From an uncultured Spirochaetales bacterium (GTDB lineage: Bacteria; Spirochaetota; Spirochaetia; SPDA01; CAYXSD01), in contig CAYXSD010000002.1 of assembly GCA_964466335.1 (NCBI GenBank), forward strand, positions 33,238-97,237: a DNA stretch of 64,000 bases, read 5' to 3'. Positions 9,373 to 19,849 of the stretch are shown here, piece by piece. Position 1 is the first letter of the stretch. Each line of letters starts with the position of its first letter. The position numbers and the translations under genes are program-made. Under the pieces are notes generated by a model. It was given only the letters and a program-made list of their open reading frames with translations, was not told where the DNA came from and ran no database searches.

Positions 9373-10119
9373 ATGGGGACGGAAATGGACAGTAAAACAA
9401 CTATTCTTATTGTAGATGATGAGCCCATAAACCTTGATTTTTTTGATGTAATGCTCACAAAACTAGGGTTTCAGGTTGAAATGGCGGAGGACGGGGAAGA
9501 GGCCTTGGAGAAGGTCCAGCTCCATAGGCCGGATCTCATTATTTTGGACAATATCATGCCCAAACTCTCCGGGTGGGAAGTTACCAGGATCCTGAAGAAC
9601 CACGAAGGATATAAAGAATACCGAAATGTTCCCATTATCATGTTTTCCGCCATGGACGATGTGAAAGATAAAGTGGAGGGATTTGACCTCGGCGTGGAGG
9701 ATTATATAACAAAGCCTTTCAACTTTTCTGAGGTGCTTGCAAGGATCCGGGCGGTCCTTCGAAATCAGGAGCTCTATAACCAGGTCCTTCAGCGGGAACG
9801 ACGTATTGCAATTGCTGAATCTCTTAATAATTCGCTTATGTATTTTACGCGGCATCTGAAGCAGCCGGTGGAAGCCCTGATTGAGCAGGCGAAGGTAGTG
9901 GAGGCTAAGGACCCGAAAAAGGTGGAGGAGTTCTCGGTTTTTGTTATTCAGGAATGTGAAGAGGTGTTAACAGGTTTAGGGGCCCTAGAGGATGAGATTG
10001 CCGAACTACAGAATAAGGATGAAAAAGAGAAGCAGTATCAGGTCCTTCTGGAAGAATTAGAAGAGAAATTTCAAAAAAAATTCGAAGCCTTGAATGAACA
10101 TTCCGACTGTAAGGGGTAA
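9373..10119 (+). CDS. Response regulator with a receiver domain and a C-terminal coiled-coil, no DNA-binding output domain
   Basis: REC motifs are present: DD at the N-terminus, the phospho-acceptor Asp in ILDNIMP, and S/T and K in FSAMDD and TKPF. The C-terminal 110 aa are coiled-coil-like. Confidence 0.7.
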   Translation: MGTEMDSKTTILIVDDEPINLDFFDVMLTKLGFQVEMAEDGEEALEKVQLHRPDLIILDNIMPKLSGWEVTRILKNHEGYKEYRNVPIIMFSAMDDVKDKVEGFDLGVEDYITKPFNFSEVLARIRAVLRNQELYNQVLQRERRIAIAESLNNSLMYFTRHLKQPVEALIEQAKVVEAKDPKKVEEFSVFVIQECEEVLTGLGALEDEIAELQNKDEKEKQYQVLLEELEEKFQKKFEALNEHSDCKG

Positions 10120-10123
10120 AACA

Positions 10124-10345
10124 ATGGTTACAGAGCAAAAAAAGGAAACTCTTAAGTGGTTTGCCGAGGGAAGAAAGAAATATAAACTGATGCAGTTTGA
10201 AGAAGCCAAAAAGTATTTTGCCCAGGCCCTTAAGGTCGATCCCGAAGACGGTCCTTCCGAGGTATATTTTGAACGGTGCAACATGTACATAGAGAACCCG
10301 CCGCCGGAAGATTGGGACGGGGTCTTTGTAATGACATCTAAATAA
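10124..10345 (+). CDS. Small TPR-like hypothetical protein
   Basis: 74 aa from the ATG at 10124, with an AAGGGG RBS. The 10094 start would overlap the upstream gene. It contains a TPR-like helix pair (FEEAKKYFAQALKVDPED). Confidence 0.4.
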   Translation: MVTEQKKETLKWFAEGRKKYKLMQFEEAKKYFAQALKVDPEDGPSEVYFERCNMYIENPPPEDWDGVFVMTSK

Positions 10346-10428
10346 CAGGGGAAGTATCCTCTTTTATCTGCCTTTGACGGAACCAAGGGGCAGCGTATAC
10401 TATAAATAGTGCAAAAAATGTAGATAAA

Positions 10429-10842
10429 ATGGCAAAAAATCTAGAAAACAAGACAAAAATTAAAGTAGCTACTACCCTAGGAAAAGAAACAATGTTTAAA
10501 GGTTCCATGAGATTTACCGAATCCCTTAAAATAGACGGTAGATTTGAAGGAGACATTCAATCTAACGGCTTTTTATATGTGGAGGAGGGGGCTGTAGTTA
10601 AGGCGGATATAAAGGTAGGGTCTATCGTTATTGGTGGAATTATCCATGGGAATGTGGAAGCCACAGAAAAGCTGGAGATGCTCGCCACCGGACAGGTCTT
10701 TGGAAATGTGCGTACTTCAAAACTCCGAATTGCCGATGGAGTGCTTTTCGAGGGAAAATGCGAAATGATAAAAGAGGCGGAGGACATAAATATTTTTTCT
10801 TCGCCCCGGGAACGAATCAAAAATGCAGTGGAAACTCTGTAA
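10429..10842 (+). CDS. Bactofilin (polymer-forming cytoskeletal protein)
   Basis: 137 aa with beta-helical repeats: GRFEGDIQSNGFLYVEEGAVVKADIKVGSIVIGGIIHGNVEATEKLEM. Confidence 0.75.
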   Translation: MAKNLENKTKIKVATTLGKETMFKGSMRFTESLKIDGRFEGDIQSNGFLYVEEGAVVKADIKVGSIVIGGIIHGNVEATEKLEMLATGQVFGNVRTSKLRIADGVLFEGKCEMIKEAEDINIFSSPRERIKNAVETL

Positions 10843-10921
10843 TGTTCTATACATTGAGGCTCTTTAAAATTACCTACTTTTTGGAAGCAGCTGAATTGAG
10901 AATGATAATACGTGCTGAACA

Positions 10922-11653
10922 GTGAAACACCATTTTTCTCTCTATTTGCAATCTCCGGCTGAGGTGAAAGGGTTTATCCGAGGTCCCGGGAAGCTCAAAA
11001 GAGGCGAATTGGAGTTTTCCCTTCGGGTGAATAAGTATTATATTTGTCTAGAGGCCGTTGGGAAAGGGTCTAAAGAGGAACAAACACCCTCGACGTTGCT
11101 GGACGAATTAAGGGAACATTTCGGAGGTCCAAATGTTGTATCCGGGGATATATCAGCCCGGGATTTGCTCTTTCAAGCGTTAAGGGACTTCCGCTATTCA
11201 ATAGTTTGTGCTGAATCTTGTACCGGGGGTGCTTTGGGTAAGCGGATAACCTCTGCTGCCGGTAGTTCGGAGGTGTTTTGGGGTTCTCTGGTTACCTACT
11301 CGGAGGCCGCAAAGACGAAAATAGTAAAAGTACCCCGGGAAATCATTGAAAAGCATGGCGCAGTGTCCTTGGAATGTGTACGTGCCATGGTAAAAGGGGC
11401 CATAGACGTTTCCGGAGCAGATGTTGCTCTCGGTGTTTCAGGGATAGCCGGTCCGGGAGGAGGCTCCGCAAGAAAACCGAGAGGAACAGTGTGGATCGGT
11501 GTAGCGGGCAGAGAGAGAGATTTTCAGGGATTTCATTTCCTTTTTTCCGGAGATCGGAAAGAGGTAAGAAGAAAAACAGTCATTGCCGGGCTACTCTACT
11601 GCTATTGGTACATCCTTAAGCCGTCAATGCTTAAAGAAAGCGATTCTATGTAG
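10922..11653 (+). CDS. CinA C-terminal domain protein (PncC-like nicotinamide-nucleotide amidohydrolase)
   Basis: The CinA_C motifs are SIVCAESCTGGALGKRIT...VSGIAGPGGGS. There is an N-terminal extension of about 80 aa, so the start codon is uncertain. Confidence 0.65.
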   Translation: MKHHFSLYLQSPAEVKGFIRGPGKLKRGELEFSLRVNKYYICLEAVGKGSKEEQTPSTLLDELREHFGGPNVVSGDISARDLLFQALRDFRYSIVCAESCTGGALGKRITSAAGSSEVFWGSLVTYSEAAKTKIVKVPREIIEKHGAVSLECVRAMVKGAIDVSGADVALGVSGIAGPGGGSARKPRGTVWIGVAGRERDFQGFHFLFSGDRKEVRRKTVIAGLLYCYWYILKPSMLKESDSM

Positions 11654-11669
11654 AATTGCTGTGGAACTC

Positions 11670-11698
11670 TTGACAGCTGATAATAAAGGACATATAGT
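11670..11698 (+). promoter_or_regulatory. Sigma-70-like promoter for rho (TTGACA, 17-nt spacer, TATAGT)
   Basis: Read directly from the sequence. It leaves a leader of about 115 nt before the rho ATG at 11814. Long rho leaders are typical of autoregulation. Confidence 0.55.
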
Positions 11699-11813
11699 TA
11701 TTGTGCTGCATTCGAACAACATTAATAAAATCAAATCCGCGACTTTTCTAAGGGCACATATCAAACAGGGAACAGTTTGTACAAGCAAATTTACATATAT
11801 CGGAGTTACATGA

Positions 11814-13547
11814 ATGGCGATTATTCGAAAGAAGCGAAGAAATCCTGATGAAACAGTCCAGGAGGAACTCGATTTTCCACATATGGACAACAGCACAGAA
11901 AAAAAAGAGAGAAATGCAGGAATACAGGAGGATACCGGAATGGAAGAATCTCCGGAAGTAAGGGGAGAAGATCGGCAAGATGGGGCCCGGATCCAAGAAG
12001 GGGAGAAGGCGCAGTACCCTGAAAAACCGGTAAAAAAAGGAAGAAAAAAGAAAATCAGGGTAGAACTTATAAAGGAACCCGCAGAAGAAGGGGTTAACGA
12101 AAAAGAAGAGAAAGAGAACAAGGACGACAAAGAGGAGGAGAAGGCGATGGGAAAAGATGAGAAAAATGAAGGGACCTCCTCTAATACTTCTACTTCTTCG
12201 AACAACGGCAACGGAAAAAGGTCTTCGAGAAATTCCCGTAAAAGGCGTAATACCCAGGAAGATCCCAATAATAAGATGAGCATTAATGAGCTTACCAGAG
12301 AGCAGATTCCTGAGCTGAGGGAGCTTGCGGAAAAAATGGGAAAAAGTGCTGAGGAACTGATTTCTCTGAAAAAACAGGACCTTATCTTCCAGATTTTGAA
12401 GATCCATACTAAAAACAACGGTGTCATTTATGCCTATGGTTCTCTGGAGATCCTTCCCGACGGCTACGGATTTTTGCGGTCCCCCCAGAATAGTTATCTT
12501 CCGGGTTCAGATGATATCTACATCTCTCCTTCCCAGATTCGGCTTTTCAATTTGAAGACCGGAGACACTGTGTATGGTCAGATTCGGCCCCCTAAGGAAG
12601 GAGAACGGTTCTTTGCCATGCTGAGGGTGGAGAAAGTCAATTTTGACGATCCGACCTCTGCACAGATGAGGATTCCCTTTGATAATCTCACACCCTTGTA
12701 TCCGGAGGTGAGGCTTAATATGGAGACAGGGGACGGTAATATTTCTACCAGAATGATAAATCTCTTCTGTCCTATCGGGAAAGGTCAGCGCGGTCTTATA
12801 GTAAGCCCCCCTCGGACAGGAAAAACCATTCTCTTACAGGAGGTGGCGAACGCCATTACGGCAAACCATTCCGAGGTTTCACTCATTGTTCTTCTTATAG
12901 ATGAACGACCGGAAGAGGTAACGGACATGCGGCGTAATGTCAAAGGAGAGGTAATAGCCTCGACTTTTGACGAACAAGCGACTCGCCATGTTCAGGTAGC
13001 GGAAATGGTTATTGAGAAGGCAAAACGGATGGTGGAACACAAGAAGGACGTGGTAATCCTCTTAGATTCTATTACCCGATTGGCCCGTGCTTATAACCAG
13101 ACGGTCCCTACTTCCGGCAAAATCCTCTCCGGAGGGGTCGATTCCAACGCACTCCACAAGCCGAAACGTTTTTTTGGAGCAGCTCGAAACATCGAGGAGG
13201 GGGGGAGTCTCACTATTGTAGCAACTGCCCTTATTGAAACGGGAAGCAGAATGGACGAGGTCATATTCGAAGAGTTCAAAGGGACTGGCAATATGGAAAT
13301 CAATTTAGACCGTAAGCTTTCAGACCGGAGGCTCTTCCCGGCAATCAATATTAAACGTTCGGGTACCCGGAAAGAGGAACTTCTCCTCACCGAAGAGGAG
13401 TTGAATAAGATGTGGGTCTTAAGAAAGGTCATCAACCCCATGGACGATGTGGAGATTATTGAGTTGCTTATTGACAGAATAAAGAAAACCAAGAATAATA
13501 AGGCTTTCCTGCAGTCCATGAATACTTCTGGTTCTGCGGATATGTAG
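11814..13547 (+). CDS. rho: Transcription termination factor Rho with a K/E-rich N-terminal insertion domain
   Basis: 577 aa. RNA-binding OB-domain motifs and a RecA-like ATPase ([29 protein letters not shown]) are present. The first 160 aa or so are low-complexity K/E/N-rich. Confidence 0.9.
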   Translation: MAIIRKKRRNPDETVQEELDFPHMDNSTEKKERNAGIQEDTGMEESPEVRGEDRQDGARIQEGEKAQYPEKPVKKGRKKKIRVELIKEPAEEGVNEKEEKENKDDKEEEKAMGKDEKNEGTSSNTSTSSNNGNGKRSSRNSRKRRNTQEDPNNKMSINELTREQIPELRELAEKMGKSAEELISLKKQDLIFQILKIHTKNNGVIYAYGSLEILPDGYGFLRSPQNSYLPGSDDIYISPSQIRLFNLKTGDTVYGQIRPPKEGERFFAMLRVEKVNFDDPTSAQMRIPFDNLTPLYPEVRLNMETGDGNISTRMINLFCPIGKGQRGLIVSPPRTGKTILLQEVANAITANHSEVSLIVLLIDERPEEVTDMRRNVKGEVIASTFDEQATRHVQVAEMVIEKAKRMVEHKKDVVILLDSITRLARAYNQTVPTSGKILSGGVDSNALHKPKRFFGAARNIEEGGSLTIVATALIETGSRMDEVIFEEFKGTGNMEINLDRKLSDRRLFPAINIKRSGTRKEELLLTEEELNKMWVLRKVINPMDDVEIIELLIDRIKKTKNNKAFLQSMNTSGSADM

Positions 13548-13619
13548 GGACAGGGAAGAGAATTAACAGGAAAGAGAATCAAAGAAAAGAGAATAGAGCG
13601 ATTTTATAGGGATAAACAT

Positions 13620-13823
13620 ATGAAAAAGGAAATACATCCGGGATATACCTTGACAAAAATTACCTGCGCCTGCGGCAATGTAATTGAAACACGTTCTACC
13701 GCAAAGGATATGGAAGTGGAAATTTGTTCCAATTGCCATCCCTTTTATACCGGTAAACAGAAATTAGTTGACACAGCCGGACGGGTTGAACGATTTAAGA
13801 GAAAATACGGTATTAAAGAGTAG
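13620..13823 (+). CDS. rpmE: 50S ribosomal protein L31
   Basis: 67 aa, beginning [10 protein letters not shown], with the CxxC...CxxC zinc ribbon of L31 type A. Confidence 0.85.
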   Translation: MKKEIHPGYTLTKITCACGNVIETRSTAKDMEVEICSNCHPFYTGKQKLVDTAGRVERFKRKYGIKE

Positions 13824-14196
13824 TAATCTCGTACCTTCACTTCGGAAAAAGCAAATTCTTTCAATCTCTTTTATAAAAGTGCTTGCACTATTCTGTATTT
13901 TTTTTATACTTTTTGCAGGAGACCTAGGGAGAATCTTTATGAAAAGGGACCCCATATTTTTGAGACCGGGGGTATAAAGTGCTTTCCGGTAAGGCCCCTG
14001 TGTTAGTACATTAAAGAGATAATGTAATGACCTATGGTCAAAACAATGGTTTTAAACTGCCTTCTTCCCTGAAAGGAAATCTATGAAATATGGCAGTTTT
14101 AGGCCTCCGCCCATTGCGAAACGGCCATTTTCGACCGTTTCCGCAGTCGGCTTTAATACAACACCATTATACGGGGTAATATCCCTGGAGACGTAG

Positions 14197-15348
14197 ATGG
14201 ACGATATTGTTTCCCTCCACCGAGAAGAGTACGGTGTGAAGCCTGAAGTAATCGCGGAAGCGCCGGGAATTGTAAATATAATGGGCGAGCACACCGACTA
14301 CAATGAAGGGTTTGTGCTTCAAGCTGCTCTGGATAAAAAGATACGAGTTGCTGTTTCAAAGAGAAAGGACAACTCTCTTCGTTTTTACGATTCTGTGTTA
14401 GAGGAACGGAAGCGGACAACCATAACCAACCTGAAATATAAACGGGAAGACCGCTGGGCAAATTACTGTAAAGGCATTTTGGAGGGACTTTTAAAAAGAA
14501 ACTGCGCCATCAAGGGTATGGATTTTACCATTCAAGGAGATATCCCCCAGCGCATTGGCCTCGGCTCATCCTCCGCGCTCACCACCGCCTCTGCCTTGGC
14601 TTTGCGGAAGCTCTACAACTTTCGTATTAAAGACATGGAAATCATAAGTTTGGCCCTGGAGGCGGAACGGAAATTCTTAAAAGTGGACACCGAAATAAGC
14701 GACCATTTTACGTCCTTCGTGGCCACAAAAAACACATTTCTCTTTCTGGACCTTAGAGATATGTCCTACGAACAGGTAGCATTTAAATCTCGGGAGGCAG
14801 TAATTGTTATAACCGTGTCTAATGTTCCGGAGGTCTCCATTACCAGCGAACTGAAGCAGAGAAAAAAGGAGTGCCGGGAATGTGTGGATATCCTCAGCAA
14901 AAACAGTAAGCCCGGCACGGCCCTAAGGGACTACTCCTCGGAGGAGCTTTCGAATAGTATGGGAGCTATTCCGGAAAACATACGAAGAATATGCACCCAC
15001 GTAGTAGAGGAGAACCACCGGGTGTTGGAGACCCTTATGACCCTCCGTGACGAAGACATTCCCGGGCTGGGGAAGCTATTGAACCGGTCCCATGAAAGTC
15101 TGCGGGACAATTATGAAGTATCATGTCCCGAGCTGGACTGGTTGGTAAAACGGGCTTGTGAGTTGGATGGTGTGTACGGAGCGCGTATGACCGGCTCCGG
15201 TTTTGGCGGTTGTACCATAACACTAATCCGTAAAGATTCTCTGGAACTGTACAAGGAAAAATTGCTTGAATACGAGCGGATCTTCGGGTTTACTCCCGAG
15301 CTTTTGGAGTGTAACCCGTCCCAGGGCGCAAGAATCGTCTATTTCTAG
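14197..15348 (+). CDS. galK: Galactokinase (GHMP kinase family)
   Basis: The galactokinase signature is APGIVNIMGEHTDYNEGFVLQAA. The GHMP ATP motif is PQRIGLGSSSAL and the C-terminus carries MTGSGFGGC. Confidence 0.8.
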   Translation: MDDIVSLHREEYGVKPEVIAEAPGIVNIMGEHTDYNEGFVLQAALDKKIRVAVSKRKDNSLRFYDSVLEERKRTTITNLKYKREDRWANYCKGILEGLLKRNCAIKGMDFTIQGDIPQRIGLGSSSALTTASALALRKLYNFRIKDMEIISLALEAERKFLKVDTEISDHFTSFVATKNTFLFLDLRDMSYEQVAFKSREAVIVITVSNVPEVSITSELKQRKKECRECVDILSKNSKPGTALRDYSSEELSNSMGAIPENIRRICTHVVEENHRVLETLMTLRDEDIPGLGKLLNRSHESLRDNYEVSCPELDWLVKRACELDGVYGARMTGSGFGGCTITLIRKDSLELYKEKLLEYERIFGFTPELLECNPSQGARIVYF

Positions 15349-15372
15349 CCTTTACAGCGGAGGGAGGCGAAC

Positions 15373-16044
15373 GTGAAAGTGAGCAAGGAAAGAGGGAAGA
15401 AGCTCTACGAATCGAAACGCTACGAAAAGGCCATAGAGGAGTTACTTGCTCTGGATGAAGACCCCTCTGAGGACCCTGAGCTTAGTTATTACCTTGGTCT
15501 CTGTTACACTAAGTTGGAGCGTTGGGATGAGGCCCTGCTTTACCTTGAACAGGTGGTAACAAACGCGCCAAACATACTACTTATCTATCAAAGTCGTCTG
15601 ATCTTAAGCTATATTTACACTATTACCGGAAGATTACAGCTGGCAAAGTTCGAATTGGATGAACTCATGAAATCCGGATTCGAGAGTGTTCAGGTGTACT
15701 CTGTAATGGGGTATGTCCTCTATGAGCAGGGTGAGCCGGAAGAAGCAATCAATAACTTCAAAAAGGCCCTGGAAATGGATATGGGGAATGCCAATGCCCT
15801 CAACTCTATTGGCTATATTATGGCAGAGGAAGAAATGAATCCTCCTAAGTCTCTGGAGCTCTGTAAACGGGCCGTGGATAAAAAACCGAATAATCCGGCT
15901 TATCTCGATTCTTTAGGATGGGCTTTCTACAAAAATAAACGTTTCGAGGAAGCCCGAGGATATCTAAGGAAAGCCCTTAATTTGGCAAACGGACATAAAG
16001 TGATTGCCTCTCATCTGAAAGAGGTGCTAGAAAAAAAGGATTAA
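15373..16044 (+). CDS. TPR repeat protein
   Basis: 223 aa with several TPR-like helix pairs (AIEELLAL, YLGLCYTKLERWDEA, AINNFKKALEMD, ARGYLRKALNL). Confidence 0.6.
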   Translation: MKVSKERGKKLYESKRYEKAIEELLALDEDPSEDPELSYYLGLCYTKLERWDEALLYLEQVVTNAPNILLIYQSRLILSYIYTITGRLQLAKFELDELMKSGFESVQVYSVMGYVLYEQGEPEEAINNFKKALEMDMGNANALNSIGYIMAEEEMNPPKSLELCKRAVDKKPNNPAYLDSLGWAFYKNKRFEEARGYLRKALNLANGHKVIASHLKEVLEKKD

Positions 16045-16290
16045 TATTTCTACTCTCTATAGCCGATAATGTGAAATGGAGACTAGGCTATGAATGTGGA
16101 AATACCGGTTATCGGTCAAGAACAGTACATTCAACATCATCCTCAAAAAACTCAATCCACACTGATCGAAAGTAGGGACATTAAAGCCATACTCTATCTC
16201 GGAATTCGAGGGGAAATATCTCTTCCTATCGAAAAACATGAGGTAGATATTTTGGCGTAATGTGTATATACTTTTAGCTCAGTAGGTGCT

Positions 16291-18333
16291 ATGCGCGGTC
16301 GTGGATTTCTTCTTTTCATTTGTACGCTTATTTCAATTTCTTTTTTCTCAATACAATTGTCCTACGCCCAAGAAATAGATATGGACGCTGTTAAGGCAGA
16401 TGAGGAATTCCGTTGGGGGGTGGATGCCTTCCACAGTGGACTATTCAACAAGGCGGTCCTCTCCTTTGAAAAATCTCTTTCCCTCAAACCGGATAATCCT
16501 CTGACTCGGGAATGGTTGGGGAGGGCATATTTCAGGTCAGGGTTTGTGGAACCTGCTCTTACCCTCTGGAAAGGACTGATAGAAGAGGGACGAGCGACGG
16601 GGGTTATTCAGAATCGTGTGGAGATCCTGGAAGCCAGAAGAGGTCTGGTGGATGAGGTTACCGGGAAGGAAAAACGTTACATAAAGGCCCATGGAATTAC
16701 CGGTATCGAGGGTGAGATCACTCTCTTCAGGCGTCCTGCTTCTCTCTCTTTGGGGGGAGATGGATTCACCTATGTGGCCGCCTTCGGTTCTAATGAGGTC
16801 CTCCAGATGGATGTAAACGGCGGTATACAACGGAGATTCCGCGGCGGGTTCGACGGGTTCGATCATCCCTTCGATGTGCGTAAGACAGAGGGCGACCGTT
16901 ACTATATAAGCGAATTTGAAGGAGACAGGGTAGCGGTAACGGACGCTAATGGATTTGTGCGCTTTCACATCGGCGGGACCGGGACCGGAGATGGAAAACT
17001 CCTGGGACCGCAGTACCTCGCCCTGGATGATAGTGGATACCTCTATGTTACCGATTGGGGTAATAGAAGGGTCTGCAAGTACGACGATGAGGGCAACTTC
17101 ATCCTCAGCTTCAGAGGCAGGCCGGGGAGCGAGCAATTTTTGGGGCCCAGCGGTGTACTCGTGTTGAATAATAGGGTCTACGTTGCGGATTCTTTGCGGA
17201 AACATATTCAGGTTTTTGATGAAAGCGGAAACTATCTGGACACTCTGGGGGAGGGAATGTTCCACGGACCTGAGGGTCTGGCCATGTACGCGGAAGGAAT
17301 GCTTCTAGTGGCGGATACGGACCGGGTAGTCTCTTTCGACCCGAGGAAGGAGGTGGTAACCACTCTCTATAGCTCTGGAGAAGGGGATTCGAAGATAATG
17401 AAAGCGGAGCTCCACGATAATGGTGAATTAATTGTGAGTAACTTTAATAATAATAGTGTAAGCATCCTCACCGGGGTTTCAGATATGTATTCGGGCTTTT
17501 CCGTTCAAATCGACAGTGTACTATCAGAGGACTTTCCCCTTATCAAGGCGGCGGTGAATGTGAAAGATCGCTTCGGATCTCCCATTACTGGTTTGCGAAG
17601 TGTCAATTTCAGGCTTACGGAGTTTGGTCAATCAGTTGAAGAATACGAGTTTTTAGGAGCAGTGGGAGCATCAAATACAGCGGACATTACAATCCTCTTA
17701 GATAAATCCCCGCGGATGGCTCGATATATCTTAGACGGAAGAGAAGCGGTTGCTTCTATCATTGAAAGCGGCGGGGAGGGCCTTCTTTCTCGGGTGGTGT
17801 CTGCTGGAGAGAATCCAGTAAAGGAATCCTCAGTTTCGGGGGCTGCATCGGAAAAGATCGCGTCGGTAAACGAGACAGGGCTCTCCCCCGACTGGTCCTT
17901 CGATCGCGGACTTAGGTTTGCCGCTACGGAGCTTGTTCCCATAAAGAACAAGAGGGCTGTAGTATTCGTTACCCCCGGGACCTTGGGAGATACAGGATTT
18001 ACTACCTATGGACTTTTGGAAACTGCTGAGTATTTGAAGAACAACGGAATAACATTTTACTGTGTCACCCTAACTGCAGGGGAAATTGACGACGAACTCG
18101 AATACCTCTGCAGGAAGACCGGCGGGGCTGCGTACTATCTCTACAATCCTAAAGGAATTTCTCCATTGGTGGAGGGAATTTTGGACCAACCTTCAGGACT
18201 CTACCTCTTCCAGTATGTCTCCGGAAGGGAAACGGATTTTGGGCGGAGGTATCTGGAGATAGAGGCTGAAGCAGCGCTTTTCAACCGAAGCGGGAGGGAT
18301 GAGGCAGGCTACTTCGCGCCTCTGGAATTCTAA
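16291..18333 (+). CDS. Secreted NHL-repeat (beta-propeller) protein with an N-terminal TPR-like region and a C-terminal vWA-like domain
   Basis: Signal peptide MRGRGFLLFICTLISISFFSIQLSYAQ. NHL-like repeats include YVTDWGNRRVCKYDDEGNF and VYVADSLRKHIQVFDESGNY. The C-terminus (ITILLDKSP...AVVFVTPGTLGD) resembles a vWA/MIDAS region. Confidence 0.55.
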   Translation: MRGRGFLLFICTLISISFFSIQLSYAQEIDMDAVKADEEFRWGVDAFHSGLFNKAVLSFEKSLSLKPDNPLTREWLGRAYFRSGFVEPALTLWKGLIEEGRATGVIQNRVEILEARRGLVDEVTGKEKRYIKAHGITGIEGEITLFRRPASLSLGGDGFTYVAAFGSNEVLQMDVNGGIQRRFRGGFDGFDHPFDVRKTEGDRYYISEFEGDRVAVTDANGFVRFHIGGTGTGDGKLLGPQYLALDDSGYLYVTDWGNRRVCKYDDEGNFILSFRGRPGSEQFLGPSGVLVLNNRVYVADSLRKHIQVFDESGNYLDTLGEGMFHGPEGLAMYAEGMLLVADTDRVVSFDPRKEVVTTLYSSGEGDSKIMKAELHDNGELIVSNFNNNSVSILTGVSDMYSGFSVQIDSVLSEDFPLIKAAVNVKDRFGSPITGLRSVNFRLTEFGQSVEEYEFLGAVGASNTADITILLDKSPRMARYILDGREAVASIIESGGEGLLSRVVSAGENPVKESSVSGAASEKIASVNETGLSPDWSFDRGLRFAATELVPIKNKRAVVFVTPGTLGDTGFTTYGLLETAEYLKNNGITFYCVTLTAGEIDDELEYLCRKTGGAAYYLYNPKGISPLVEGILDQPSGLYLFQYVSGRETDFGRRYLEIEAEAALFNRSGRDEAGYFAPLEF

Positions 18334-18358
18334 GGGCGCGCTCTATCTAAGAAGGATG

Positions 18359-18727
18359 AAATTCAAACGAACCGGAATTGCCGGGATTCAACGTTTTCTC
18401 CGTCGTCGTCGTTGGAGGAAAAGGAAGAGGTGGGACAGCTACTGTAATAGATGTGGTATCTGTTGTTATGAAAAAAAGTGGGACCATCGTGGAAGAATGT
18501 ACATTGATTTTAATATCCCTTGCCGTTTTCTAGATAAAGAGAAGAATATATGTACCGTATTCCCTAGGAGGTTCAGTCTATGTGCCGACTGTTCCAGGGT
18601 GACCCTCTTTCATGCCCTTTTCGCGAGTTATCTTCCCCCCTCCTGCGGATACGTTACGCGATTTAGAAAACTGCGGCTATGTTCCAGGCCGTCTCTTTTT
18701 CGTCAAAAACAAAGTAGTAACCTCTAA
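18359..18727 (+). CDS. YkgJ/UPF0153-family putative Fe-S or zinc cluster protein
   Basis: CNRCGICCYEK plus downstream Cys (CxxCxxCC pattern). A start at 18359 (ATG after AAGAAGG) avoids overlap with the upstream gene. The 3' end overlaps the convergent lipoprotein gene by 65 nt, so boundaries are uncertain. Confidence 0.45.
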   Translation, partial: KFKRTGIAGIQRFLRRRRWRKRKRWDSYCNRCGICCYEKKWDHRGRMYIDFNIPCRFLDKEKNICTVFPRRFSLCADCSRVTLFHALFASYLPPSCGYVTRFRKLRLCSRPSLFRQKQSSNL

Positions 18728-19772
18728 AGGATTTCCAAAAGGGTATACTGTCCTCATCTGTGTCGCCCTTCAAGGTAACATACACCTTAAATATCCTCCC
18801 TGAAGGGTGGCTGTAGTCTTCAGCTGGGTCAATTTCCATGGAAACACTTACATCTCCTAGAGCAGTAACATCGTACTCTTCATAGTAGCCGAGAAATGTC
18901 ATGGCCAGTTCCTCTCTGCTTACGTAGGCGCCGAGAGGGACATTGTGGAAGGGATCGGTAAAGTATCCGGCGGCCTTGCCCGGACGTTTGTGAAGAAAAT
19001 GGTCTAGACAGGAGAGAAAGGCGTCTCCGATATACCGTTCAGGAAAGAGCACTACCTCACTTTTCTCCGGCAGCGCCCCGGCTGCAAAGATCAACCAGCT
19101 TGAGGCGTCGGGACGAAAGAAGAATTCTTGCCTTAATGAGTCTACGTTAATTGACTCATTAAGTCCTATTTCCGGTACATCTGTAATCTCCACAGAACCT
19201 TTCCAGAGATAGTCCGAAAGTTTCGAGATTTCAATGGTTTCTAAACGGATAAGATCACTGGGAGGCATTTTGTCAATAGGATACGCGTCAAATATGGTCG
19301 TTAGATATCCCTCTATTTCCTTTTCGGATACCCAGTCATCGATTGCATCTATGTAGACAGAAGAATCCAATACTTTTTTCATAACCTCAATATCTTCGGT
19401 AATGAAAGCCCTCAAAAAACGCGAGAACTGGTAAAGCACAAGGTTTTGATCGGGAGCGACGGAAGGCGGAGTCTTAGGGTAGCTTGGTTTCCAGCTTGTT
19501 TGGACCGATGTGGGGCGTTTTTGGGTCCTTTGCGGTTCACCAATGGCAGATGGGGTTAACCCTGGATAAATCTTATATGCCATATCAATAAAATCTTGGC
19601 CCTTTTTTGTTTTCCCTACCTGCTTATACTGTTCCCCAGCCATATAGTATGCTTCGGCCAGCTCTTTTCTCGATTCCTGGGAAAGGTCTGTATAGAATTC
19701 AGCCCATCCAAGACTTAATGCAAAACAGCTTACAAGAAGTATGGATATAATTAATGTGAATAATCGTTTCAA
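18663..19772 (-). CDS. Hypothetical lipoprotein
   Basis: N-terminal signal with a lipobox (ILLVSC). A TPR-like helix follows, and there is no recognisable catalytic motif. Confidence 0.5.
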   Translation of the reverse strand: MKRLFTLIISILLVSCFALSLGWAEFYTDLSQESRKELAEAYYMAGEQYKQVGKTKKGQDFIDMAYKIYPGLTPSAIGEPQRTQKRPTSVQTSWKPSYPKTPPSVAPDQNLVLYQFSRFLRAFITEDIEVMKKVLDSSVYIDAIDDWVSEKEIEGYLTTIFDAYPIDKMPPSDLIRLETIEISKLSDYLWKGSVEITDVPEIGLNESINVDSLRQEFFFRPDASSWLIFAAGALPEKSEVVLFPERYIGDAFLSCLDHFLHKRPGKAAGYFTDPFHNVPLGAYVSREELAMTFLGYYEEYDVTALGDVSVSMEIDPAEDYSHPSGRIFKVYVTLKGDTDEDSIPFWKSFRGYYFVFDEKETAWNIAAVF

Positions 19773-19849
19773 AGGTCACCTCCCGGTAGAGTACTACCCA
19801 TTCCTTATCTATAATAGTAGAGCAGCTTTTAAGAAAAATCAATAACAGC

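Noticed and set aside
11624-12427. Long minus-strand ORFs (267 and 219 aa) antisense to the 5' part of rho
   Set aside because: They are low-complexity S/F/L-rich translations of the complement of the K/E-rich Rho insertion. No start or RBS context supports them, and they overlap a confidently assigned gene.
13824-14196. 370-bp non-coding gap between rpmE and galK with small ORFs and short stems (GAAACGG/CCGTTTC)
   Set aside because: I looked for tRNA, tmRNA, RNase P, SRP and 6S hallmarks and found none. The short ORFs lack RBS support. It may hold a leader or small RNA, but I cannot support that from the sequence.
16266-16300. tRNA D-arm-like string TAGCTCAGTAGGTGCT just before the NHL-protein start
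   Set aside because: No anticodon stem, T-loop (GGTTCGAATCC-like) or acceptor pairing follows. It runs straight into the ATG and signal peptide of the 16291 gene.
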